Shown here: positions 1 to 12,900 of the stretch, piece by piece | Layout of the letters: the number at the start of each line of letters is the position of its first letter | Numbering within the stretch: the stretch's first letter is position 1 | Origin: Antedon mediterranea | Taxonomy: Eukaryota > Animalia > Echinodermata | Reading direction: 5' to 3' | DNA: 64,000 nucleotides | Assembly (NCBI RefSeq): GCF_964355755.1 | Contig: NC_092671.1 | Location: 37,334,304-37,398,303 of the forward strand | Translations under genes and position numbers: made by a program | Notes under the pieces: generated by a model | What the model saw: the letters and a program-made list of their open reading frames with translations, nothing else | Database searches by the model: none | What the model was told of the DNA's origin: nothing

Positions 1-1117
1 AACATGAATAATTCATCAGTTAAATTTTCTTGTTCCGTGTGCACCCAAGCGTATAGCAACAAGAAGTGATTACACAAGTGCGGTACGATTCTAGGCCTAT
101 CTCCGCTGTGGTTGCCGCGTGCGATTTCATAATAGAATAGCGGAGTTTTGTGTGGATTGTCGAAATAATCAGCCTTTAGTTTATGGTGTTTTTAATATAG
201 TTTATTACTAAGAATTACGTGTTAAAATTATAGTTTCTATTGATACTATTAGGCCTAATTACTAGTCTCTAATCTAAACCCCTGTATATTCTAGTAGTAG
301 CTGTGTGGGTGTGTGTGACTTGTGTCTTTGGGCTATGTCCAATTACTACTTAGTTTAATGTTTTGCCTAGCTGTCGATTAGCCTCGACACATTTTGCATA
401 GTGGACGTGTGTGTGAAGAAGAGTGCGCGAAGGCAATCACGTGAATTGACCTAGAATCCTAGGCCTATTATTGTAGAAAGAATCGTATCGCAGTTGTTGT
501 TCCGTGTGCACCCAAGCGTTCTTGGACATAGCCCAAAGAAAGCTTAGACCCACAAGAATAAAGAATGTGTATAATTTGTGTACTGTATTTTTTAAATTCT
601 GCTATCAATTATCAAACAATATGCAATGTACTCAAAGGAACTTTAAAAATGCGCGTATATGAACACATGAGATGGGAAGATTTGACCCACGAGAATGAAA
701 AATGTATTTTTGTGTAATGTTTATTGTTTAATTTTGCTGACTTATTACTCGGATTGTGTCATACCAAAGATAGTGTAACTATTACCCAAGATAGTGTAAC
801 TATCTTTGGTCATACCAAACACACACACACACGTCACACACAGCTACTACTAGAATAGACATGGGTTTAGAGACTAATAATTAGGCCTAATAGTATTAAT
901 AGAAACTATAATTTTAACACGTAATTCTTTAGTAATAAATTTTATTAAAAACACCATAAACTAAAGGCCGATTATTTCGACAATCCACACAAAACGCCGC
1001 TATTCTTCAACAGCGGAGATAGGCCTAGAATCGTACCGCACTTGTGTAATCACTTCTTGTTGCTATACGCTTGGGTGCACACGGAACAAGAAAATTTAAC
1101 TGATGAATTATTCATGT
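1..1117. mobile_element. Long-TIR (foldback/MITE-like) non-autonomous DNA element, left end outside the window
   Basis: 1-~330 is the reverse complement of ~815-1117 (e.g. aacatgaataattcatcagttaaattttcttgttccgtgtgcacccaagc vs gcttgggtgcacacggaacaagaaaatttaactgatgaattattcatgtt). No coding capacity seen. Confidence 0.7.
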
Positions 1118-1321
1118 TTATTTTGTGACGTTTCATGAGGGGGTCCCCAACTTGTGTACGAAAAAAAAAATCGCTGCCCGATCGTCCACAGGAATCTTGT
1201 GTACCCTCGATCGTTTGGTTTGGCCGGCCCCATCGACATTTATAGGCTAGGCCTAGTCTAGGCCGGTCGGTGTTACGTTAGGCCTACTTCCAACTAATTA
1301 GTATAGTATATTATAAGGACG

Positions 1322-2030
1322 TCTAAAAAAGCATACTTACTCGTCGTCAGCTAGCCCTAGGCGTCAAGAAAATACAAATAACTTGCAACGAATGACGACA
1401 CTTGAAAACAAAAACCCACATAATTTATTTCGGTGACACTAGCCCACGTGCTGAGAGCTATTCGATTCGATTCGATATTCATCATCATCATCTGCTATCA
1501 TCAGTGTTGTTAAATCTGAGCGCATGCGTTATGACGTATTACCTGTACTTTATTATTACGTAATAATAGATAGAAGCATGGAGGAGGTATAAAGTTAGTT
1601 TGATTAAAGATTTTTCACCCTCAAAAAATTGTTTTTTATTTAAATTTGTATTTTTTGATACACAATTTTAGAAATGTGTAGCGATAAGGTTGTTTTGTAT
1701 AGCTTTTTGCTATGCTACACTGGCGAAATTATTCCCTGCGCTACAGTGAAAAAACACATTGTCTTTTAATAATTACGGGTTTGCTTGTAATATTAGTCGA
1801 GTGGCTCAAAAGTAATTTTGATTAAGTATAATGATTTCGATTGAATGATCTTAACGCATGCGCTCAGATTCAACAACACTGATTCGATTCGATTCATCAT
1901 GCAGCGCATGTGCTAGTGTCACCGAAATAATATGTGGATTTTTGTTTTAAAGTGTCATTCGTTGCAAGTTATTTGTATTTTCTTGACCCCTAGGCCTTAT
2001 AGCTGACGACGAGTAAGTATGCTTTTTTTT
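1322..2030. mobile_element. Inverted-repeat (MITE-like) element
   Basis: ~200-bp arms 1324-1530 and 1851-2030 are reverse complements (aaaaaagcatacttactcgtcgtcagct ... agctgacgacgagtaagtatgctttttt). The spacer carries a fragment also seen near 12890-13010. Confidence 0.65.
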
Positions 2031-2415
2031 AAAGAGTTACATTGGCTGCCTATTAAACATAGAATTGTTTTTAAAATATTGTTAATTGTTTTCAAAGTTA
2101 TTAATGGAATTGCTCCAGAGTATGTGACTGATAATATGCTGTGCTTATACTCTCCTAAATGTAATTTACAATCAAATAATAAGTTGCTTTTATTTAAACC
2201 AAAATCTCACCACTCCTTTGGAGATCGTGCTTTTTCTATTAATGCTCCGCGTCTGTGGAATGACATTCCTGAATGGATTGCCATACAATTAATTCTTTTA
2301 AAAAATCATTAAAATCATACCTTTTTGCTGAAACATATAGTATAAATGAAGCATAAACAAACAGTGTTGTATTAGCGCCTTGAGCACTTTTAGTGGATAT
2401 GTGCGCTATATAAAT
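2031..2415 (+). mobile_element. 3' fragment of an L2/CR1-group LINE
   Basis: Translation ELHWLPIKHRIVFKILLIVFK...FGDRAFSINAPRLWNDIP matches the C-terminus of non-LTR ORF2. It ends in a typical gcgccttgagca...gtgcgctatataaat 3' tail. Confidence 0.8.
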
Positions 2416-2417
2416 TG

Positions 2418-3063
2418 TTTACCTCCGCCAAGGAGGTATACGTAATCGGTAGCGTGTGTTTGTTTGTTTGTTTGTTTGTTACCAGGATTACTCAAAAAGT
2501 AATTACAAGATCTTTACCAAAATGAATATACAGATATGTGGTCAAGGACCATTCCATTAAATTTTGGGACCATGGTCCCAATTCTGGACCACTTTTTGAG
2601 TATACTTTTCAGACCTGCTAGTGTTAAAAAGATAGGACAGAATTTTTCAAAAGCCGGCGAGCAGTCTTAAAGTAACAAGTAAACTGAAATTGCATTTTCT
2701 CGAGAACTTGTCCAAAAACCTTCATTTTTGTACAAGAGGCAGGAGTTATAATTTGTGATTTGTAATTTTAAAACATAATTTGATTTAATGTGGACGTTTT
2801 TTGATGCGAGTAGTTTAAAAAACCTATTTCTTTTCAAATTTACTCGTTTGATTTTCGCGTTGCTGTTCTATTGTTAGTCAACTGAAGCTATTGTTAATTG
2901 AAATGACACCAAACTCGCATACACATGCTTGTAGTGAAATTAGCCTAAATCACCAACAGCATTAAGACACACACAAATATATATTTTTTTTTTTACCGGA
3001 GAAATCTTATGTAGGAGAATTTTACAGTAGGCGGAGGTATGCACTCTCGGAGTGGCTTTCTAG
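2418..3063 (+). mobile_element. Non-autonomous Helentron/DINE-1-like element
   Basis: 5' subTIR ACCTCCGCC (2421), (GTTT)n microsatellite, 3' subTIR GGCGGAGGT (3030-3038), short hairpin cactc-tcg-gagtg, and terminal CTAG followed by TT. Confidence 0.75.
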
Positions 3064-3944
3064 TTATATTATATATTATTAACAACATTTGGCAAAAGAC
3101 CACATTTAGATTTTAAAATGGTTTATTTTTTCAATGCATATGATTTTTTAATTATTTGACCAACATTTACAGAAAGATATTACAACATACGTAAGAAAAA
3201 TGAAAGGCCTAAGCAGAGTTAAGCTTTGCTCGGAGGTCAATAAATAAATAAATAAACACTAACTTCCAGAGAGCATCGAGCAATATCATCTGCCGAGATG
3301 CACTTTCACTACTGTGATAGTAGACTTACCTTTCCGGTAGAAGTGCAGTATTCACAGTACTATGACAAATACCCCCACGCTACCACTAAATAAACCAATT
3401 GATGTACCGTAACTTAACTATTGTATTAATCTTCATATTGCTCATTGTGTTTAATTCTGTATATTTTGTATAATGTATTTAACTACTCAGTTCGCAATTC
3501 AGTTTATACTGCCATGAATTGTTTTATGTATATACTTTTTGATGAATAAAGATACCAAAATATAATTGATGCATAACATAAAATAACAGTACAATAATAC
3601 TTGACTATAAGTTCAAACAATAATATTCCATCTTTACAGGTATGACCAAATTTACATTAAACTCCCACATACTATATTATACCATATTTTTTCTAATACA
3701 ATCATTTATAACTATTATACCACCCACAGTCGAATACAATAATAAAACCAGATTGACAATTCTAATTTCATTTGAAAAAGTACTCAAGAATTCTAGTTTG
3801 TATACCTAAAAGATTAATGAACTCCCAAGAAAGTAAGTCTACACCATATAATATATCTATATAACTTTATTTATATTAATTGCCAGGTATATGTCACAAC
3901 TTCTTAGAGGATGATTCAAGGATGTTTCACTCGCTCGTTAGCAT

Positions 3945-6900
3945 CTAATCAAGAAACTTCCTGTTTTCATTAGCACCAAACAAAGCTGTTCGTATCTGTG
4001 GTAACATCTAAAAATAAAATTGTTTAAATATTTAAATATATATGTAAAATGAAATACTGAAAGATGAGGGCGTAGCTATTTGATCACTGGTGCACGTACA
4101 TACAACTAGTGCTGTTCCGCCATACCACGACGAGAGTCGCTTTCCAATCAGGTTTGAACAATACCATGAAAGCCCCAGTGGTCTAATTGTTAGGACAGCT
4201 GCATATCAAGCAGAAGGTTCTGAGTTTGAATCTCGGTTGGGGCGACTTTTTCTCATTCTCACAGATTTCCTCATCTTATCGTTTCAAATTAATTAATTAA
4301 ATTTCAGTATATCACCGAGCGATTTAGAATTTATTCGGTGCCTGTGATGTTTATAAAATATATATATGAAATACTATCAAAATACAGACTGATGAACTAG
4401 CAACATAAAAAAATTGAGCAAATATTAAACTTAAATATTTGTACTGTAACTTAACAGCTTCAATAAGGGACCACCTCAAATTAGAACAGAGAATTTATTC
4501 ATTTGAAAAGCCACAAAAGGTTTGATGGGCCGATTATGTAGATATATGGCTAAGATTCAATAATCAATATTGCTGCCGGGTCCTATCCTGTAAATTTTCC
4601 CTGGGGACACCAAATAAGGGGGGTAAAAAATCGATTTAATCATGTGAAAAGTCACACAGAAAAAAGTTGTTGGACATCGTCCCCATATGTGTATACAATG
4701 CTAAAACTGCAATGACAGCAACTTTATCCTGTAAGTTGCCCGAGACAGTAGCCTCAAGTGACCAATGGTGTTATTCACGTCAAGAGCCACACGGCTAATT
4801 CCTTTTGCATTGTAACACATTGGGATGCACAAAAATACCACTGACAGCAACTTTATCCTGTACAGTAAGTTGCCCCAGACAGTAGCCCAGTATCCAAACA
4901 ATTTCCGATTCACCCCCTACAAGATTTAATAACTCGAAGAGTCACACAGCTAGTTCCTTTTGGATTGTATCTATTACCCATGACTTTGGGATAGGCCTAT
5001 ACGAAAATACCATCGACAGCAATGTCTCAAATTTCCGATTCCGGTCCTCTACAAGATTTAATAAATCGAAAACAACGGCTAATTCTTTTTTTTAACTGTT
5101 ACACATTGAGCTATACGAAATTATAATAATTACAGTATAATATAGATATATGGTAATTATGTGAAAACATACGGCATTAGATCTGACCCTTCGGGATACA
5201 TTGTGTCACAGATTAACCCTAAAATATAAGATGAATCATTTAAAAACATAGATGCCTAAATGATTTAATGTGTCGAATGACTAAATTTCTTAATTATCAT
5301 TGTCTTCTTCTTCTTTGTCCCATCATCATTCCATGGATTGCTTACATACTGTATCTATGTTATAGGCCTACATAACTATCTGTATCAGAACCAAAATCCG
5401 ACTACAGGCCACATTTTCTTCATATAAGTTATCAGGATCACATCAAATATAACGTTTCCTGGTTCTTATTCTCCTGTCAATGTTTAGTGGTAGCGATGGC
5501 CCATCGAGGCACTTAGTGACCATCCCATCATTATAAATCCCAAATTCAGCGGATGCGGATTCTGGGCAAGGGTGTGTACTCACAGGGGGCAGTAAAATAG
5601 ATATTATGCGGAATTAAAGCTATGGCTATATAAGATATCGTGATAGAGGAATAACTAAAGCAAGTCCGTTTAGTAAAAGCACTATTCTTTCGAATTGCAT
5701 GTTAGTAAACCTGGACACTGACTAAACTCAAGATCAGTGCTTTTGAGTTATGATATCATAATTGGCGTATGCTACATCGAAAATTCAGAAGCTAACAGGA
5801 TAAAGTTGTAGCCTGTCATGAGTGTATCCGAATGTGTACAGTTCCAATAAAAAAGAATAAGCCATGTTAGCTCTTCACATGATGAAACCTGTCTGGGCCA
5901 ACTTAGAGATTAAAGTTGCTGTCATGAGTATTTTCGTATTGTAAGTGGAATTAGTCGTCTATTCACACGCTTAAATTTTAGTATAGGTTGATAGTAATTG
6001 TTTGGGTTACTGTCTGGGGAAAACATTGCTGCTGGCTAACATGTATTTTTTATATCTCAATGGTATTTTCGTATATCCCAAGGGTAATAATTACAATGCA
6101 AAACAAATTATCAGTGTGGTTAAATCTTGTAGTGGCTGGGGAATGTGTAGGCTACTGTCTTGGGCAACGTACAGAATAAAGTTGCTGTCAATGGTATTTT
6201 CGTATATCCCCTGCAATGGAAAGTTATAACAATATGCTGTGTGGCTTTTTCTCATGCTTAAATCTTGTATGGCCCAACAGCCTTTTTTGGGCTACTGTCT
6301 GGGGCAACTTACAGGATAAAGTTGCTGTCAATGGTATTTTTACATTATGTACACATATGGGGACGATGTCCAACAACTTTTATCCGTGTGGCTTTTCACA
6401 TAATTAAATCGATTTTTCCACTTTACTCTGACCAATAAGTCATCTACTCTAACTAAATTGTCTAGATATTGGTACTGGTATATTGATATCACAGATGTCA
6501 ACCAGCCTTTTGGAGATAAATCTATGCATTATAAACCCATGATTTACTAGTAAACTGTGATTGATTGATATTGATTATTTGGTAGCGAGACAATTCGGTC
6601 CGGGACTATTTGTCTCACCAAGTGGGCTGAATTGCTCGTGGCCATACCGTCCTGAATTTGATTATTTGCCTACCTGCTGGTTGATCTGGTTTAGTCTACT
6701 GTCAAGAGAATTGCTAACTTTTATCTTTGCATTTTGAGCCAGTAACTCAATACCACCAGAACTGTAAAAAAATATTGAATTGAAAACAGCATGATTAATT
6801 AATTTGCTTCCAATTATAAATTTGTAATACATGAAGAACACGAACTGCAGCAATTGGCTGGTATGCAAGATGACGATAGCAACAGAAGTGACAAAATTAA

Positions 6901-9900
6901 AGACCCATTTCCTACGTTTTTTTAGATCTAATTTAAGGTCACAAACTACATTAATGTAAACATAAATACTATATGGTCCTATTGAGTTCTGTTCTTCTGT
7001 AATTCACCCACTTTTCGATCAATCGATCGTGAGGCCAAAAATAAATAGAAGACTCCTAACTTTTCAGCGAAAATACTGGGTTTCCCCAATTTGTATCAAC
7101 GGAGTCAAAAACAGAAAGATAATTAATGCAGCAACTATACAACGTCAGGCAAGGCCTATAGCTCAATTTCAATCATACGATGTTCGTACATTACCGATGT
7201 TAACCAGCTAGGCCTACAAAACTAAAAGACCGTCCACGAGAGGTCATTCGCCGCGAGCTACTTTAGGTGGTGCATTGTTTCTCTCTTTTTATCATAATTT
7301 AGCATAAAACATACAGTACATTCAAGACAAGGAATATATGCATTATTTTTACAAACGTCAAAAATTGTAGTGAATGGGTCTTTAATGAACAAAATGTATG
7401 ACAAATAATAATTAACATATAACATTAATGTATAACTTACACGTGAGCTCCTAAATGATGATCCTTACTAACGGTAACACTCACATCTTTCTTAGTTGCT
7501 TCTTTGTATTTTTCTATTGTTTTATCGATTACACCCTTAAAAAAAATTGACAATTTTTTATTGAGAAAGTGATTCAACTAATTTATTAGTAAAAAGATAT
7601 GGCACACATGGCGTTTCATATATACTTGAGCTGGAATCTATTTAAAATACAAATGATGATGGACTAACATCATAAAAAGACAATTACTAGACACTTTGTG
7701 CAAATACAGTATCAGACTTCTAAAAATCGTCAATGAATTAATTTAATTGGCTGATAACGTTTGTTTACAACCAATATACATATATAATTTAAAGTAAAAG
7801 ATGCACAATTATAAACAGTATAGAAAAAAAACTATATATTATAAACATAAAATACAATATTATTCGTTCATAAAATTAAGTACGTTGTTATTATTATTAT
7901 TATTTAAGATTATTATTAGTATATGGGTCATTCCATACAAAATCACCCAAAAAAAATGACATTTTAAACCCTACTTTCTTCAAATTTGCCCAAATTTGGT
8001 TTTTGGGTTAGTTTTAGCCAAAAAACCTGAAATTTTTAATTTGAGCGGCATACGACCAACGGTTCGCGCGCTACGCGTCGTCGTTTCTTTGCGATTTTGC
8101 GCAAAATATAAATTTCAATCATCTGTTGATAATAAGACAACTTATTACGACCAAATCGATATTTCATTTGTCTAATTATGGTCTAACAAATAATAACTGA
8201 CAGAATTCAATATCAATAAAGCTCAATATTATGAACAATTCAGTACAGAATTTTATGAGGTGATATTTATACAGAATTTATATTACTAACACGAACTTAA
8301 TCATAAAAACTACTAAGAAATAAATGAACAAAATACAATGAACAAAAATGTAAAATAATGATGAACAGCAAAGAACAATCAATGTTTTCAAAGTTATCAT
8401 CAAACAAAAAAAATGATTCAATTTGCTTGAAAGTGTGAAAAGAGTGCCATAAACTGTACATCCTTGGCTAACCAAATGGGGTAATCAAATGGTGTACAGA
8501 TGTTTACCTAAGTAATAATTATTTTGTATGGAGCATGAAAATATAATTAAAGCATTGTTATAGTCTTGAGAGTGACACCCATAGTATTAAGAGGTAAATT
8601 TGGTAGTGATATAACTGAGAGTAAAATATCGGTATTTTTTATATCGTCGATGTATAAGACGCACCTTATATTTCATCAAAACAATGTTGTAATCAATATT
8701 ATTGTAATACTATATTTTGTTATATCTACAACGGCGTCCTTTATTTAGGTTTTTTCTTACCTAGGCTCGGCCGCGCCCAGCCTCAACAAGTTGTTTCTAA
8801 CTTGTTATTCATGAGTTTCGCACCCGCAACATCGAGTGCATGACCGTGTGTGTAACACGCACGTGTGTGGGCTAGCCTCGCTCGATTATTTCGAGAGGGC
8901 GCACGTTTTCACGGACAATCGTATTCGATTAGTATCTATGTATTCGAGAAGTGTGTACGCTAGGTCCATGCTATAATCAACTGGAGAATATACTAGTCGA
9001 ATACCGTACAACATGTGGCCGCCAAGAAGGGCTTGCGCTGGGGGTACGGTGGTCGGCGATCGTGCGTATAACTATAAATAAATACTAGGCCTATTCCAAT
9101 CGTAAACGTTTACAAATGAAATTTTATCGGAAAAGCCTAAAACAGCTCTATAATAAACAAATCTTTTCATCATATTTAGTATAACATCACGCTAAAATGC
9201 CTTGAAAACTAGACAGAAGCAGGTTGCCGTTACGTTAGTACACTGTAGCTAGGCCTAGCCTACTCAGGCCTAGCCAACGAGGTGACGATATGTACACTGT
9301 GTGTGGTGAGGCATTTATGTTCGGTGTATAAGACGCACCCTTAATTTAGAGGTCAAATTTGCGTGTCAAAAGTGCAACTTATACACCGAAATAGACGGTA
9401 TGTAAATATCATGTAGGAGATAATTTTCACAAAATTTCATCTAAAAAATATTTGTCCCACAAGGTCAAATCCTAGGTCAAATGGAATAGAATAAGTTATA
9501 CATCTTTTAAATAGTTCTATCTCAAAAGTAAATAGAAGATTTGGATAGCTTTAACAATTAGCTTTCCAAAGATACCTATCACAACAAAATCGGTCCACAC
9601 GTTACGGAGATACGGTCATTTAAGTATAGTCCGCCGCGTCGATTTTGCGCAAAATCGCGAAGAAACGACGGCGCGTAGCGCGCGAACCGTTGGTCGTATG
9701 GCGCTCAAATTAAAAATTTCAGGGTTTTTAGTTAAAAATAACCCAAAAACCAAATTTGAGCAAATTTGAAGAAAGTAGGGTTTAACCCATTGGGTGATTT
9801 GACATGGAATGACCCATTATACATTATTAAAATTATTATATAAAAAGTTAAAACGGCAACGAGAAAGTGAGAAATAATTATGGAAATCTACCCATATCAG

Positions 9901-12900
9901 AATAGCATTAATAAACTTAACAATCGTAGTTCTGGCAGACCTTTGGTATCGTTCAGTTTTACACTTGGGGGGAAGGAGACTTCCAGTACTATTTGTATTA
10001 GACCTAAGGGAGCGTGCCCAAATTTTTTTACTCCGTTAATAGACTTTTAAATGCGTTAATATATAGCAGAGCGTATCATGGTTAATACTGTACAATGAAA
10101 TTGAATTTACTATCTAACGCGTACAACGGAAGAACAACGTCCGTTGTTTTCGTCCGTTTAACGCCGACCTAACACTAACAGATAAAAAAATAAAAAAATA
10201 AATTATTAATGTTAAATTTTCCGGGAAGGAACAGATTTTAATAATTACTAAGAAGCTGGTATTATTATTATTATTATTATTAATATTTCATTATTAATCA
10301 TCCTCTCATCATTATTAATGTTGAATTTTTAAAATGTTATTTGTTACAAGCCTACCAAATTCTTCAAATCACATCTGATGATGCTATATTTACTAGAAAT
10401 CGCCCACATGCCTAATTTAGTTTACGTCAATACAGAATAGTGGATGTAATGGTTATAACAATATTCATAAGTTTATGTCTGACGTCTGTCATGAACGACA
10501 ATGTCAATTAGTTTTACATTCATCTGAATAAGCATGTTGGTTGGTCCTAACACAAGGGCTTCTCTCATCCTTGACTAGTCTGAGGCAGATACTAGATGCA
10601 GGGGCTCAGCCATTTAAAATTTGTGGTAATAAAGACAAATTAAATTAGATTAAATTAAAAAAGAAATTAATTAAATTGACTCATTTTAAAATATTGTATA
10701 TTTATTAATGTCAAGAATTCATATACACTACTGTACTGTATGTGCTTTTTTTTGTGTCATATTTGTGTGTGTGTAATATTGCTGTACAACAATTTTTTAT
10801 TTGCTACAAATATATTATGTGATCATGGTGTACCTGCCAACTCTCACACAAAATGCACGAGTCTAAGGCAGATTTTTATGCCTCACGCATCCATAAAAAT
10901 ATTCTGAAAAAACATTATTTTGAAATTAACTTGCCTATTTTGAAGGAAAAATAGGCAAATACACATTATTTAATTAATTTGACCATAATTAGCTTGTTTA
11001 TTCGTATTTATGGTTAATGCATGGATGGTTAATGTAGTATAAGAAGCCAAATAAATTCAGTGAAAATTAAAACATAGTGGGCGTATATTTCTTTCTGTTT
11101 TTTCTCTCAGCACTTTGGGACAATCTTTTGATTGTAATTATATAAGCGCTTTATAAATCGAACAACAATAACATTTTTTTACAATTATTTTGAGTTAAAA
11201 TAACACAGAGGGCGCTATATACAATTTTTACAATTTATTATCTCACACATTGGCCACTGACAAAGTTGGCAGGTATATCATGGTATTCAGAAATAAAAAA
11301 ATGAATGATGAATGAATTACAAATGGTAACCCAGTTGACAGTTTTATAGTTGAAAATCTGTAAAATTTCAATCTTATAATTCCATTATGAAAAGTCCTGT
11401 AGCACCAAAAAAAGGAATTATTTCTTGACACTCAACAGCTTAGGTTTATATTTTATGACAATAGAAAGCTTAAAGACCCCTTCCCTGCAATTTTGGACGT
11501 TTTTTGGAAAATAATACATATATATCACTTTAAAAACATTAAACCATGTCTTTCCTTGTCTTAAATGTACGTTTTATGGTAAATTATGATAAAAAGTGAG
11601 AAACAATGCACTACCTAAGTAGCTCGCGGCGATCGACCTCTCGTGGACGGTCTCAGGCCTAGCCTAGCTAGGCTTAGTTTTGTAGGCCTAGCTGGTAAAC
11701 ATCGGTAACGTACGAACATCGTACGCTAGCTATATACCTAGCCTGACGTTGTATAGTTGCTGCATTGATTATCTTTCTATTTTTGCCAGACTCCGTTGAT
11801 ACAAATTGGGGAAAACCCGGTATTTTCGCTGAAAAGTTAGGAGTCTTCCATTTGTTTTGGCTTCACGATCGATCGAAAAGTGGGCGAATTACAGGTGAAA
11901 AACAACAATATCAATCCGCGCGCAATGCATTTTGGGATTTATAGCGGGCCGCTATAATTATTAAAATCGATTTATTTTTCACATTTTTAACCGTTTAAAG
12001 ACGAAAAAAGTTATCGCAATAGGACCATATAGTATTATTTTTACATTAAATATAGTTTGTGATCTTAAATTAGATCTAAAAAACGTAGGGAATGGGGCTT
12101 TAAACTTGAGCTACCCTTTAAATAAGGTATTGTATGATAACTAAATTTTTTATTTTAAATTTTCTAATCAAAATATTGTGGCAGTATAAGCTTGGTTCCC
12201 GCTAGGATACAACGCAAGGACAATATAAGCGATTTAACCAATGACAAACAATAATTTTGAATAATCCAGCGCTTGTGATTGGTCAATCGCTTACGACCTT
12301 GTGTTGTGTCCAGGTCCATTCATTTCTTTATTTATATACACTTGATAACAAAATATGTAGCAAATAGTTTGTGCGTTGCATCTGGAGAAATCAAATAAGC
12401 TAAGAGAGCTTTAAGACAGGTTCCACCAGGAAAAAAGGTTTTTAAAATGCCCTAATGGGAACCAAGCTTTATCCAAAAACTAGTGAAAAGACAAATGGAA
12501 ATAAAATTATTGACATACTTCAACAATTGAGACATCAGCTTGCCGACAGACCACTACAACAGCTGGTTCCAACAGTTGAAAGAGACCCTGTAGAAGAAGA
12601 CCTTCAAGGATTTGAGAATACCGAGACTTGTCTAACGTGACTTCTCCAAGTCGTCTCCTAGCTTCTTCTAAAAGCTGGTCCACGTGATCTTCACGTGCTT
12701 TCAGAACTTTCAGTCTGGCTTGATTCAGCATATTAGATTGCTGGCTGCATGAAACAAAGGTCAAAGGTTATTTATAAGATATTGTATTAAAATACATTTT
12801 TGCAGCAGGGAAAAATTTCATTAAAAATTTTGTTTAGCAATATTGCTAATCAAACTGATTTTTAAGTCGAGAAACATAGTTTTGTATTGTATTTTTTGCT

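Noticed and set aside
2019-2312. Stand-alone 97-aa protein gene
   Set aside because: A LINE ORF2 C-terminal remnant whose ATG comes from the adjacent inverted repeat.
4172-4244. Functional tRNA gene
   Set aside because: Degenerate T-loop and anticodon loop, and the anticodon differs from the 13253 copy. Part of a dispersed repeat.
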